The notes under the pieces were generated by a model. It had not been told where the DNA came from. It searched no databases and was given only the letters and a program-made list of their open reading frames with translations. From Eledone cirrhosa (lineage: Eukaryota), in NCBI GenBank assembly GCA_964016885.1, contig OZ024747.1, forward strand, positions 55,552,001-55,616,000: DNA of 64,000 bases, given 5' to 3'. Below, one piece after another: positions 39,715 through 53,036 of the stretch (positions are counted from its first letter, which is position 1; each line of letters begins with the position of its first letter). The translations under genes were made by a program, and so were the position numbers.

Positions 39715-40217
39715 ATTCACGAACATCTCTTTCAAAGTTCCTGGCAAAGTGTTTTCTGCCTGTGTTCACTCCGCCATGCTTCATGGTGGTGAGACATGGG
39801 CTCCGAATGCCTCAGATCTGCAACGGCTCAGGAGAAATGATCGTGCCATGATTAGGTCGACCGTGCTCCACAAGAAGCTAGGTGTGGATGAGATCACTGC
39901 TGTCCTTAGCACACAATGTCTCCATTTGTACGGACATGTACAGCGAGCCACGGCTATGGACATGTACAGTGAGCCACATCATGTATCAACTCCATCACTC
40001 ATTTGTCAATTCCTGGCATTAGAGATCACGGCAGAGCAAGGAAGACGTGGTTGGAGTGTGTGAAGAGTGATTTGTATAAATGGAACTTGGCTGATGTACG
40101 ATAATATGGACAGAAACTCATGGAGAGCGGCTGTGAGACATTGCCTTGTGTTGCCTACCTCGGAGTCCGGGACAACCGTAGCACCCTAAAGACCAAAACT
40201 GGATATGGATGGATGGA
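39715..40217 (+). mobile_element. RTE LINE 3' fragment with (GATG)n tail
   Basis: GKVFSACVHSAMLHGGETWAPNASDLQRLRRNDRAMIR...LYGHVQRA...GR..KTW.ECV. Confidence 0.8.
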
Positions 40218-40463
40218 CTAGTGTTCATGTAATTGCTGTTTAATGTTATTATTGTTACTAATTGCTGCTGTCACATTTGTTGTTATTATTGTTTCTGTCA
40301 TGGTGACTGACGTTGATGTCACATTCCTTTCACTTGCTGCCTCTTTTATGGTTGTTACTAATATTTCTTGTCTTACTCCAGTAAGTTTGAACTTCCCAAA
40401 CATCAATCCAATAAAATTATTTCTATATTGTTAAGTTACATGTGACCACCAACACAACTACTA

Positions 40464-40760
40464 CAGGGCTGGATTTAGACCTTGTGGGGCCTTGGGCACT
40501 TCAGGTTTGAGGGGCCTTTCACACACAAAAAAATTAGAATACACAGCAAAGACCCCAATTTTACATATCAAAGATAGCTTGGCGCAAGTAATTGGAATTG
40601 AAAAGTTATACATACAGGTATTAACTTGAAAAATTCTAAACATCTTAAAACTAAAAGGCCCAGATAAGGACATAAATATATTGATATGACCATTGCGATG
40701 CCCCCCCCCCCACACTGTTGAGGGTCCAGAGCAATTGCTCCCTTTGCACCCACTATTCCC
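40464..40760 (+). mobile_element. possible hAT/Harbinger-type MITE remnant
   Basis: Starts CAGGGCTGGATTTAG...GGGGCC motifs and ends GGGTCCAGAGCAATTGCTCCC. The second TIR is not evident. Confidence 0.4.
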
Positions 40761-41304
40761 ACCATCAACAACAAAACAGTACTACCATCATTACCACCAT
40801 CACCATTGCCACCAAACCTCATTCATAATTGTTTCTATGCTGTAAAATTATATCTGTAATTTAAGAGACAAAAAGGCATATATTATACCATCAAATAGGA
40901 GAATGTTGAAAGAGCAGTGTCTTCAAACAGGCACAACTGATGTAGCTTATGCACTGCAGAGAAATGGCTAATGCAGAAATATGAAATCTTGCATACATTA
41001 GCTGTTACAACCCATAGTACTCGAAAACTTTTAATAAAGCAAAACCATCCATACATGTTCTTAAATTACGTAAAGAATGTTCTTGATGTTCTAGTAAAAA
41101 AAGGCAGTTGGTTATGCCCCAATTATATATAAATGTGGGGAGTGTTTTAGCTAGTCAACTTAGGAAATGTACAAATAAGCTTATCTATTTATGTTTAAGC
41201 ATGTTATGTTAATTTTATCCAAATTTTTGTAAAGTTTTTGTTAGAATCTTATATATAATGCTTGGAAAACTGCGAGACTATGTCTAGTTTATTATTTTAC
41301 AACA

Positions 41305-41489
41305 AGGCGGTGGATTGGTAGTATCGGTAGAGGGTCGGACGCCATGCTTTCCAGCATAGTTACGTCCCTTTACGATCTGAGTTCAAATCCCGCCGAGGTT
41401 GACTTTGCCTTTCATCCTTACGGTGTCGATAAAATAAAGTACCAGTAATGCATTGGGTAATTGCTGGCCTTGTTCCTAAAGTAGAAACA
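41305..41489 (+). mobile_element. SINE family A with 16-bp TSD
   Basis: TSD ATTATTTTACAACAAG at 41291-41306 and 41490-41505. Box B GAGTTCAAATCCC. Confidence 0.93.
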
Positions 41490-42434
41490 ATTATTTTACA
41501 ACAAGTAATTAAAATAAGTTGGATTGCTTTGAATAAATCACGAATGAGTATTATGTAATTTATTTTCTAAATTTCTTAGGTCTTGATTAAACATAAATAA
41601 TTTTATATATAATGTATTGCTTATTTCAAGATTCACTTCTGTTAAAACTTTCAAATGTCAACTTCCGTTAACGTTCAACGTTTTTATTTCCATCGTTATA
41701 TTTCCTTAATCGTTTTAACATATATTTATTTCTAAGATTTCACTGAAGGGATAACATATGTATTTATACATATTTGAGAGACGCCTCTTTATAATATCAA
41801 TGTGCACACTACAAATGCTAGCAGAAAAGCCCCTAGAGGATAGGTTTCTACTAGTGATTCTCATAATTTAACGATGTTTTCTAAATTTTAGCAGCCTACT
41901 TTCAACACACATTTGTAGATGCTCAGCAAGTCTTTGAAATCAATTCTCTAAATGTGGAAGCAAGTCTTTGATGAATATTTTTAGGTAGAACACCAGCTGG
42001 TGAGTGTCTCATGTGTTTCAAAATGAGTTGAGTATCAGCTCATGATGATGAGACATCAGAAAGCCTATTCATATGCAAATAACCAGAAAGAATGGAAAGT
42101 AGCCATCACTTCAACCAACAATCGAACATATCTGTCAGCTTGTTCGTGTAGTATAAATCAGTTATAGAATTGACAAGATTATCAAATGATGTTAGTTTCC
42201 CATATTAAACTAGTCTATTAAACTCGAAGTATATAGTATTTCACAAAAATATGTTGACGCGAAAGAAATTCTGCCTAGATATGGTAGATGAAGTTTATAG
42301 GGAATGCCAGGTAGTATTTGCTAGCCTTTGAAAATAGATTGCTTTAACGCATGAAAAACATACTGAATTCAGTATGTATAATCCCAATAGGGTTAGTTTG
42401 GAGTAGATGATGACTATATATATATATATATATA

Positions 42435-42667
42435 TGACTAAAGAAATTAAAGAAATTATTTAGCCTGATAGTGGGGTTAAGAAACCTCGGGGAAATGGAA
42501 AAAGATGAGTATTGACGTACATGTACGTCAATACTCATCTTTTTCCATTTCTCCGAGGGTTCTTAACACCACTATCAGGCTAAATAATTTCTTTAATTTC
42601 TTTAGTCAAAATACGGCGATAGCTTACATTTCTAATAATTTCAAACCCACTCGCTGTTTCGAAAATA
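42435..42667. mobile_element. palindromic element P with spacer-less centre, between (TA)n tracts
   Basis: ...GAGTATTGACGTACA|TGTACGTCAATACTC..., axis at 42521/42522, arms about 87 bp. Confidence 0.88.
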
Positions 42668-42670
42668 GTC

Positions 42671-42729
<59 letters not shown>

Positions 42730-42999
42730 CTATCCAGGAGGCTCCAACCGTTAAGGTTGTCTTTTTTTCCGGGTATGTCAATATTTATTTATAAAACGAA
42801 TCTGTATTTTATCTGATGAAAGCGCACCATAATTTGCCTTGGTTGCTCTTGGAATATATATAATAAAATAAATATGGTTTTATAAATAGTTTCCATTTAT
42901 TAATATATTGTGTATTTACTCCACTAAATTGTTGAGTGCTTTATATCAGTTATAAACATGTTTAACCTTGTTGAATCCCAACAAATTAAATATAACCTC

Positions 43000-43002
<3 letters not shown>
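42730..43002 (+). mobile_element. Penelope/retrozyme-like element (family H2) with hammerhead carrying A13G
   Basis: TATTTTAT CTGATGA AAGCGCACCA..TGGTTGCTCTT GGAA TATATA TA ATAAAATA at 42805-42870. (TA)n on both sides. Confidence 0.7.
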
Positions 43003-43062
<60 letters not shown>

Positions 43063-43124
43063 ATATGTGTGGTCCCGTAACTCCTGATAGAGGGGTAGGG
43101 CAGTTCATGAGCATTTTAAGCCTA

Positions 43125-43332
43125 GCAGAGCCAATCTCTTTACAAGCCTGAGTACAGCAGATTTGTTCCAGAAAGAGGAAGTATCAACCCCAGTGCTAGA
43201 CTGGTAATTTCTTTATCGACCACAAAGGGATGAAAGGCAAAGTTTACCTCAGCGGAATTTCTACTCAGAGAGCAGGGAGCCCACTCGAATACCATAAAGC
43301 ATTCTATGCAACATTCTAACGTCTAATTCGCC
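43125..43332 (-). mobile_element. SINE family A, alternative-tail variant
   Basis: Homologous to 184-432. Confidence 0.65.
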
Positions 43333-43336
43333 TATA

Positions 43337-44470
43337 TATCATCATCATCATCATCATCATCATCACCGTTTTACGTCCATTCTTCCATGTTAGCATGGGT
43401 TAGAGGAGTTGTCCTGTTGTCGGCAGTGCCCGGTCGGGACCTTGTCTTGCACATACGGGAACTGATTTTGGCTCGAATTCTACAGCTGGATGCCCTTCCT
43501 AACACCAACCTCATTTACAGTGTTGGCTGGGTGCTTTTTTGCCGTTGCACCTCCACAATCCCTTTGCAGTGAGAGGGGGTGGGGGCATATTGTCTATATG
43601 CTTCAGCTTCTGCTTGTACTCATGGAAAGTCGGATCTTCTGTATCACTACCAGAGGTCACGGTCCCGCGTCATCGCCTTTGAGAGGTGCAATTGGGTAAG
43701 GTCGGCTTTTATCACCTCATCCCAGGTCTTCTTGGGTCTCCCCACTCTGCGGCTTCCATCGACTTCTAGTGCTCTGCACATTTTTCTGCAGCTGTCATTC
43801 TTCATACGCATCACATGTCCATACCAATGCAACCTCGTTTCCTGTACACAGCATTTGATTCCTCTTCTGCTCAGTCCCTCTCTCAATTCGTTTATGCTTT
43901 GCCGGTCAGGTATATTTCTATTACGCATCCATCAGAGTATGCAAGCTTCATTTCTTTCTAATCTACGCAAGTCTTCTACACACAACGTTCAGGTCTCACT
44001 ACTATGTAACATTGCTGTTCGTATGCACGCATCATACAGTCAGCCTTTCATTTTGAGGGAAAAGCCTTTTGCAGCTAGCAGTGACAGTAGCTCCCTGAAC
44101 TTCTTCCATCTCGTTTTTTACCCTGGCTACTGTACTTTCCGAACACCCACCTCCATTGCTAATTCGGTATCCTAGGTAGCAAAAGCTGTCTACTGTTTCT
44201 CCAGAGCCGTCCCAGAGTTTGGTGGTGCTTTTTTTCCTGCGACCATTTGCTGCTTGCTGTCCCAGCACAGCTGTTGCATGTAAAGCCTATATTCTTACCT
44301 AAGCTTCCTGAGATCCCACTACATCTCTTGTGTACCCATTGTTTGCATTTAGGGAATAGGGTGGAATTCCTACCTACACTTTTCCTACATACTGAGCAAG
44401 GCCATTTCCCTGAGGTAATCTGGGCTCTGTTTTCTCGTCTGATTACGAGGACCTTAGTCTTTGTCTATAC
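43337..44470 (-). mobile_element. RTE-clade LINE 3' portion with (ATG)n tail
   Basis: ETVDSFCYLG.RISNGGGCSES, LHWYGHVMRM and GSRRVGRPKKTWDEVI..D motifs with frameshifts. CAT run at 43337-43364. Confidence 0.85.
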
Positions 44471-44473
44471 ACA

Positions 44474-44669
<196 letters not shown>

Positions 44670-44728
44670 GGTGAAATATTCACTCGTGTAGCATTTAGTC
44701 TTAGGTGTTTGTCACATTTGATCTTATC

Positions 44729-44810
44729 TCTCGCTGATGATGCCTACGCATTATCTATTACAAACACAATTCTCAGGGCAAAACAGATTAAATCTCTAAT
44801 CTGTCCGGGA
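44729..44810 (+). ncRNA. type I hammerhead motif with G12A change, in a PLE-like element (about 44670-44960)
   Basis: TCTCG CTGATGA T GCC...GGC AAAA CAGATTA AATCTC TAATCTG TC CGGGA. Stem I is 5 bp, stem III 8 bp, cleavage site GUC. Confidence 0.7.
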
Positions 44811-45133
44811 AATCAATAGTTATTGAAACGGTCAGTACATTTTACTTTTTATTCTGTATTTTCCGTTTGCTTCAGATTAAATCTGTCAAACCAACGTGGT
44901 ATCTCTACCCTCGTAATTTTAACCACACAATCTACTGTGTTTATTACTACATATATTATTATATAAGTGTTTCTACATTTGGCACAAGGCCAGGAATTCA
45001 CCAGTGCATTACTGGTACTTTATTTTATCGACCCCGTAAGGATGAAAGACAAAGTATATAATGCTCAGTATTTATACTTTGAGCTTGTTAATCACAGGGT
45101 ATTAATATGAGTATCTAACTCTGCCCTTTTATT

Positions 45134-45197
<64 letters not shown>

Positions 45198-45244
45198 CAT
45201 GTATGGGTATATTGCTACACACACTCACACACACATTTTATATA

Positions 45245-45344
<100 letters not shown>

Positions 45345-45426
45345 GATTGACTTTTCCATTTTCGATATTTTCTATCACTATTTCTCTCTCTCTCTCTCTC
45401 TCTATCTATCTCTCTCTCTCTCTATC

Positions 45427-45462
<36 letters not shown>

Positions 45463-45853
45463 ATTCTCTCTCTCTATCACACACACTATCTCATATTCTA
45501 AATTTATATGTTACTCTTGAACAAACTTTGCCATCAAATTACTTTAATTCCAATTTACAATATTGAGTCTAGGGGAAAGTCTGTATTGTTGGGAGTGTTT
45601 GTATTACAGCTAAAACCACTATTTAGAAATCAATGAGATAATGCAACCACATATTCGTCTAAAACAACCCTAATTTGGTAATGCCAACCTATAGAGATCC
45701 AGCTTGAATGCCTGGTAGAACTGGTTTTGTACTGAAGTCACATCCATCTCATTTATTATCATGTGACAACATATTAATAATTAAGGTAATTGAAATTATT
45801 TTGATTCTGATATTATTGGTGTTGTTTTTCGTACTTCTTATTTGTATTGTCTA

Positions 45854-46007
<154 letters not shown>

Positions 46008-46355
46008 ACACATATACATATTTATATATATATTGATAACAGAACAGACTACTATGCAACTGATACCATACCATTACCAGAGTTTGAACAACGAAATGGG
46101 TTCTAAAAACAAAATGTAATGAAGATGTGTAGAAGTGGGTAGGAATTATGATATTGATATAGCTGTTGCTGTTGATGATGCGGATGCTGGATGTGATGGT
46201 GGTTGTAGTGAAAGTTATTGTTATCATGGTGGTGGTTGAGAGATGATTGCAGCGGGAGAGAGTGAGAAAGAGAATAAAACATTGACAGGCAAATGTGGAA
46301 ACTGGCTGTCATAAAGAGCGAGACGAAAGAAACCAAGAAATGAAAAAGAAAGGAA

Positions 46356-46890
<535 letters not shown>

Positions 46891-47673
46891 AAACAGATAG
46901 GACTGGATAGGATAGGATTGGATAGATGAATGAATACTTAGATTGATGGATAAATGGAAAGGTGTGACTAGAGACCATTCCAGTAAAGTAATATGATTTC
47001 TGGTAAAGGTTAATCCTGATAAAGTAATCTCTATTTTCAGGGGAACAGATATTTGTCTAACAGGAAATTAACCCTGACACTGTGTATATCATATATAGCG
47101 TACAGTTCTGAAACACTGGGCCTTACAAGATTAATCCATATAAACCAGTCCAAGCCACTAAAAGCAGTACTGGTTAGAGAAGGTGTCAACCATTGTATTT
47201 ATCAGGTGGCTCATCATTGTTTTTGAAAAAATTCTGAATTGCAAAAAGGTATATTAGTTTATGTATGTGTGTGTGTCACTGTGAATTATCTAATATACAT
47301 ACCAATGAAAACGACCTTCTGTTTTCAACATGTGTCACTTGACACTATTGCAATCTCTATACAAATATTACCAAGGGGCCTGATTTGGCTATTCATGCCT
47401 ATGACTAAAATAATATTTTAATATATCAGGATATATAGTCCTGAAAACACCATACAATGCACTTAAGAAATACCGAAAATTTGAATGAAAGAATTCATGA
47501 GTGAGTGAAAGTATGAGAGAGTATTAGAATATATAGTGAGAGATGAACCATCAGTGAATGATAGAGATGGCCACAAAAATGATCTCTTGAACAGAATGAA
47601 ATCTAAAACATGTTAAAAACCCACCCAAGTGAGCTTCAGTGGGACTTGAACTTAACACAAAAGACAAAAGTTG

Positions 47674-47734
<61 letters not shown>

Positions 47735-47736
<2 letters not shown>

Positions 47737-47845
47737 TTTTCTTATTAACCACAAGGGTTCACATAAAGTAGACATTAAGGACAGTACAGGACAATACAGG
47801 ACGGTACAAATGGGCATTTCTGCGTGTAAAAAAAAACAGAGGTTG
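47735..47845 (-). mobile_element. Tx1-family 3' UTR end in (TAA)n
   Basis: The reverse complement matches 52540-52633 (TTTACACGCAGAAATGCCCATTTGTA...CCCTTGTGGTTAATAA). AAT runs on both sides. Confidence 0.8.
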
Positions 47846-47874
47846 AAATAAAATAATAATAATAATAATAAGGA

Positions 47875-48180
47875 AAGTTATTCTGTGCAGTGCTCAGGTG
47901 CACTACAACTCATCAAAGGTACATGTATAGTACATAGAATAATATACAAATGTCAGGAAAGTGAACAGTGTATGAGTCATGTTATACATACATATGCACA
48001 CACACACATGCGTGCGTATGTATGGATGGGGGAATATCAGGTATAGTGTTGGCGAATTTCAGGAAGCATGAAAGTTTTGAAGGGTGCAGTGTCCTTACAG
48101 CTAACAACTGATGCAGGTAGTTTGTTCCATGCATCAGCAACTTTGAGCATGAAAGAATGTTTTTGAAAGTCATGGGTGAA
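47875..48180 (-). mobile_element. CR1-like LINE 3' end
   Basis: Translates HDFQKHSFMLKVADAWNKLPASVVSCKDTAPFK (the CR1 R..FF..RV...WN.LP..VV.....FK motif). Confidence 0.75.
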
Positions 48181-48524
48181 AAAATGTTTCCGAAAGTAAA
48201 GTACTAGTCATGTTTAGTGCATTGTTAAAGCTTAGGAAGAGGTACCTTGCAACTTTTGTGTTGCAAGGTACCTCTTGAACTTTGTTCAGGTTTTGGTTTG
48301 AAATTGGTATTGTTAACAGTATGGAATCTCTCTTTCTTATTACATTCTCCATATAGTAGTTTCATGTTGTTGTTGTTGATGTATACACTACGTAGAAACG
48401 AAATGCTGTGTTAGTTCATCACTACTTTGTGTGATGAAAAGATGATAATGTTAACTTAGTATTTACATCAATTAACCATATTTCCTAATGTACCAAAGTT
48501 GACAATGAATGTCACTCTCAATTA

Positions 48525-49800
48525 ATAGTTAGTCAGTCTCATGGTCCCAACGGATTGAATGAAGACAATGTTTCCCCAGAGGATAGTGATGGACACAGGC
48601 TTGTAAGTAGGTATCTCTGTCCCGATAGCAGTCGGTAGGGATGTGGCCCGGGGCCAAGCTTGCTGGAAGGCTTCACTACCACAGGCTTGACCACAAACCT
48701 GTTGGAGAGTGGGTGATATATTGACTATTTTTTTCATTCTGGCCTGAAGAGCAGTAAAGTCTGTGCTAGTTGCCGAATACACCAGTTTACCACTGAGGAG
48801 TGTGCTGCAACATGTAGCATGCAAGATAAGAGGCCTACCACTACAAGACGAGAAGATTGCTGTGCTGTCCTACCTTTTCCCCCTCCCCTTGTCCAGCTCC
48901 AGTTGCTCGAGCTGGGAAGGGAAGGCACCAGTGTCCAAGCCATGGATTATGATTGTGTTAAGAGCAGCATGACATAGGAGGTGGCAAGCACTATAATGGC
49001 AGGATGGTGGGTGCAGGCTGAAAATGTCCACAGATGGTACCCAGCAACATTTTTGAGGCTCAAAGATCTGGAGAGGAAACTCAGAGAAACACTGATGTGC
49101 AAATAGTCGCTGTTCAGCTGATGGTACAGTGCTAAGCCAGGCATGGCTGTTGCATTGGGTTTGGATGAGCAGAAACATACCAGCCTGTCCAAGGCCATTT
49201 GTTTTGGGGGGCCTGAACGTTTATAAAGGCAAGACGACAATGGATCTCTGCAGAGTGGAGGCCGAGCTGGCTACATATGGTGTAGTGCGCCTCACGTTTC
49301 CTGAACACTACAGGTTCTTTGTGTTGTGGAGAAACCTGTTGATGAGGACACTGTAAGTTTTCACTAATTCAAGAAATGCCTTCAAGACCAGAGAGACCGG
49401 AGACTAAGGTAACCGTATCTAACAGGTTATGTGACCTGTTGGCATCTGGTGTCATCAAACTGAATGTTGCATTTCTCCTCAGCAACCCATTGACTACAGG
49501 TGTCAAGGTTTGTGAGGAGAGATGTGTGGTTGTAGCAGAAGGTACAGAAAAGCTTCAACACGGTGAAACAGTTCCTTGACTGGAAGAGCACCAGATGGGC
49601 GTCGATGAGGTTCAGCCTGGACATGTATCTGAAGCGAATGGCATGCAGAACGATCAGCAAATCACACGTTCGAGACTAAGGCCGCGAAGCTGACTGTGTT
49701 GGAACTGTACGCGTTGATCTTGTGTCCGATCCTCACCAGAGTGGGAACCACTGATTGGAGATTGTTACAGACACTCTCTGCGGGCCTGCCTACCATCACA
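48525..49800 (+). pseudogene. old degenerate LINE ORF2 C-terminal half, probably Tx1/L1
   Basis: A GC-richer island with broken frames reading VLSYLFPLP...WEGKAP, ALGLDEQ...CFGG and FSLDMYLKR, reminiscent of Tx1 post-RT regions. Many stops. Confidence 0.45.
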
Positions 49801-50254
49801 CGTATATAACAAACAAATATCAACTTTGGAAAAAGATGCCATGAATGTTCAGACAAAATATATAGACGATTGAATTGATTTTATGAATTTAGACGTACTT
49901 AAGCATCATAATGGCAAGTGATTCTATTGTTATTTATCATAGCCAGTTACTTATTGCTTTGGGATTCAGGCATACAATGTCTTGACCATTATTATGTGTA
50001 TGCTGCAATATTACAGCACTTGCTTCAGTTGACATGATTCAACTGTAGTAATTGATATAATTCTACCATCTTCTACTAAAGATCAGTGGAGCGTATATAA
50101 AATATGGAGAAAAATATGAAATGTGTTTTGTATTTTATACATCTCGTGAATAAATCTTCAAATATTTAAATTCCACAATATTAACATTGCTAAAGTTTTG
50201 TTATTGTTGCTGTTGCTGTTGTTGTTTTTAGTGGTGGTGATGGTGCTGTTGTTG

Positions 50255-50643
50255 AGGGTAGTGGATTGTCAGAATTGCTTAAGCATTCTTTGCAGAATTT
50301 ATTTTTTATGTTCAAATCCTGCTGAGGTTTATGTTGCCTTCCATTTTTTCAAAGTTGATAGATTAAAAGCCAAATATTGGAGTCAATATAACTGACGTCC
50401 CTCTCCTCAATTCACCAGCCTTTTTTCCCAGGTTACATACCATAATCATTATTATTATTTATGGCTTACGCTCAGTTTCGCTCTCAGTTCAAATCCCGCT
50501 GAGGTTAAGTTCGAGCTTAATTCTTAACGGGTCAATAAAATGAAGTAGCGGGAAAACACTGGGGTTGATATAATCGACTTTTCCCTCCTCTTTAAATTGC
50601 TGGCTTTGTGCCAATAAGTAGAAAAATTATTATTATTATTATT
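50255..50643 (+). mobile_element. two degenerate SINE A copies ending in (ATT)n
   Basis: GTTCAAATCC(T/C)GCTGAGG occurs twice. Tail CTTTGTGCCAATAAGTAGAAAAATTATTATT. Confidence 0.65.
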
Positions 50644-51069
50644 CCTTGAGTCTCAGTCATTGATGTTAGTTAACTGGAAAGTCCGTTGGAATGAATATCA
50701 AGCCACTACCTGCAGCCTCAGATATTCAGGACGTATCGGAGGGTTCTTGCTGTTCCCAGCAAGCATGCCTTTTGAAGCGTTTCAAAAAGCGTGAAGGGGC
50801 CGATTTTCTTTAACCATCCCTGGAAACTTTTGGAGATAGTCCCCAGTGCGCCTATGACAATCGGGATCACTTTGACTTCATGGCAGTTCCAAATCCTTTT
50901 TACCTCCCACTTTAAGTCCTGGTATCGGTTAATTTTCTCCCTCTCCTTCTCTTGCACTCTCGTGTCGAATGGGCAGGCCAAATCCACAATCAGGCACGAT
51001 CTTTTTTCTTTGTCCACAACCACCAGGTCAGGTCTATTGTGTTCCAGTCCACAACCACCAGGTCAGGTC

Positions 51070-51073
<4 letters not shown>
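50644..51073 (-). mobile_element. Dong/R4-like RLE retrotransposon 3' fragment inserted in (TAA)n
   Basis: LEHNRPDLVVVDKEKRSCLIVDLACPFDTRVQEKEREKINRYQDLKWE...PIVIGALG...LQKACLLGTARTLRYVL. ATT repeats on both sides. Confidence 0.9.
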
Positions 51074-51136
<63 letters not shown>

Positions 51137-52632
51137 TTGCACCCCCACACACATAACAATAATAGAAATTACACAACAAAATTACATAACATTAAAAAAA
51201 ATGTTCCCCACATAAATTGGAGACTACCGAGGGAACATCACCAAAAGAATATTCACGGATATTCTCGTGGAGAAACCCACCCCCTTCTTAAAGAAGAGCC
51301 ACAGTTAATTTTTGTACCTCTCCCTCTCACTTGTTTTCCTCCTATCCTAGCCAAAATGGCTTCTCTCAGAATAGGTAGCATAAATGCAGGTGGCCTCGGG
51401 TCGTCTTGGAAGCAGGGCCACCTGCTGAACGATCTCAGGTCGCTAAACATAGATGAGGTGACCATCAGCGAGACGAGAATCTCCAAGACACGGGCATTCG
51501 CACCCATTTTCGGCGGCTACGAGCTGTACACATCTCCAAGCCGTCCCGGATCGGGGGGGGGTGTTCTCGAGAAGTCTGGATCTCGAGATACGGGCTGTCT
51601 TCTTGGATCCAGAGGGTAAATTGGTGGTACTGGACGTGACCAGCGGAGAAGGATAAGCGTTCAGGCTAGTGGCCGCCTATGCCCCAACATGAGCAGGACG
51701 GCCTGAATTCTTCCGACGTCTGGAGACCTTTCTTGGAACGTCCCGCTCTCTAGTGTTAGTGGGCGACTGGAACGGGATCTTAGATGTATGCTGGGATTGT
51801 GTGGGATTAGCGGATAGGTGAGGAGGGTGTAAAAGCCTCACAAACCTACTCAAGAGTTTTCAACTGTCGGACAAGTACCGATTGGATTTCCCGAATGTGC
51901 CAATGTGGACTTGGACAAACCGCATCAGGTCATCCAGATCATATCTAGATAGAGTATTTTGTAGGGAAATAGATAGGTCTAGCATAGGCTGTCCACAATT
52001 CAAGATAGTCAGCTACACGGACCACAAATTCGTGATCTGTATGGTTGACTTAGATAGACTTCATAGACAGGGCTCGGCTACTGGAAACTAAACGCGTCGT
52101 TAACAGGGCGCAAAGCTTACAGAGACCGGATTAGCGAATTAGGTAAGCGGGCGTTGACAGGGGCCATCGTCAACAATAAATGGTGGTTTGCCCTGAAAAG
52201 AGCGATTAGAATAGAATCCATTAGGTTTAGTAAATCGTTAGTAACAGAGAAAAATAGAGCAGAAGGAAATCTAGTTAAGAAATTAGACGAGGCGCTTAGT
52301 AAAGGCATCGCGACCGAAGTGCTTGCGGCGAAATTGGCTCTCGACCAATTTTTCAACGCTAAGCAGGAAGGCTGCATTGTCAGAGCTAGGGTACGTGCTT
52401 TCGGATACGAGGGGACAAAAGCCGTTCAATGGGCCCGGGTGGTGGAGGCGCGTCGTGGCAACAAAGCCACGAGCAACCCTCGGAGGTCTCCCCCCTGTTG
52501 GGAATTTTTCATTGTTTCCTTTTGTCACACTCTGTTTTTGTTTTTTTTTACACGCAGAAATGCCCATTTGTATTCTCCTGTGTTGTCCTTAATGTTATAC
52601 TTTGTGTCAACCCTTGTGGTTAATAAAGAAAG

Positions 52633-52633
<1 letters not shown>
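51137..52633 (+). mobile_element. Tx1/L1-clade LINE: APE endonuclease region joined directly to 3' UTR, in (ATT)n
   Basis: MASLRIGSINAGGL...ISETR, YAP, LVGDWN, TWTN..SYLDRVF, TDH and YWKLN motifs with frameshifts and stops. ATT arrays at 51071-51135 and 52634-52669. Confidence 0.9.
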
Positions 52634-52671
<38 letters not shown>

Positions 52672-52840
52672 AGTTGTATTTATCTTGCTTTATGTTCATA
52701 CGAGTTATCACCAAGTCACAACCAGTGGCCTCAAGAGACCACAAGGTCCGCCATGTTCAAGAAAGAACATACATACACACATATGCATCTTTTGTGATGT
52801 ACTTATATTGACAGTATCTTCCTTAGTATTATTATTATTA

Positions 52841-53030
52841 TTTGGTCCGAGTGAACGGGGCCGCTCTGAATATACGCCTGTAGTTTGAGGAATGGAAAAA
52901 AATTGAGAGAGGGCGCTTGCCCTGGTGGTCAGGGTGGCCGTGGTCTTTTGTGTGGTTTTCGCCACGAGTAACCCTCGGAGGTTTCCCCCCTATTGGGGGA
53001 ATTTTTCATTGTTTCAATTTTCATTTCATA
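52841..53030 (+). mobile_element. second Tx1 fragment (ORF2 end / 3' UTR)
   Basis: GCCACGAG.AACCCTCGGAGGT.TCCCCC...GGGAATTTTTCATTGTTTC is shared with 52466-52518. Preceded by ATT repeats. Confidence 0.75.
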
Positions 53031-53036
53031 TTGTTT

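Noticed and set aside
40870-41110. hAT (Charlie-like) transposase remnant; similar hint at 12930-13050
   Set aside because: Only vague motif echoes (TD.A, LLHT, VLD..VK) with stops. Not supportable without a search.
41305-41395. tRNA gene
   Set aside because: Boxes A and B belong to a SINE head that continues into core and tail with a TSD. The same applies to the other copies.
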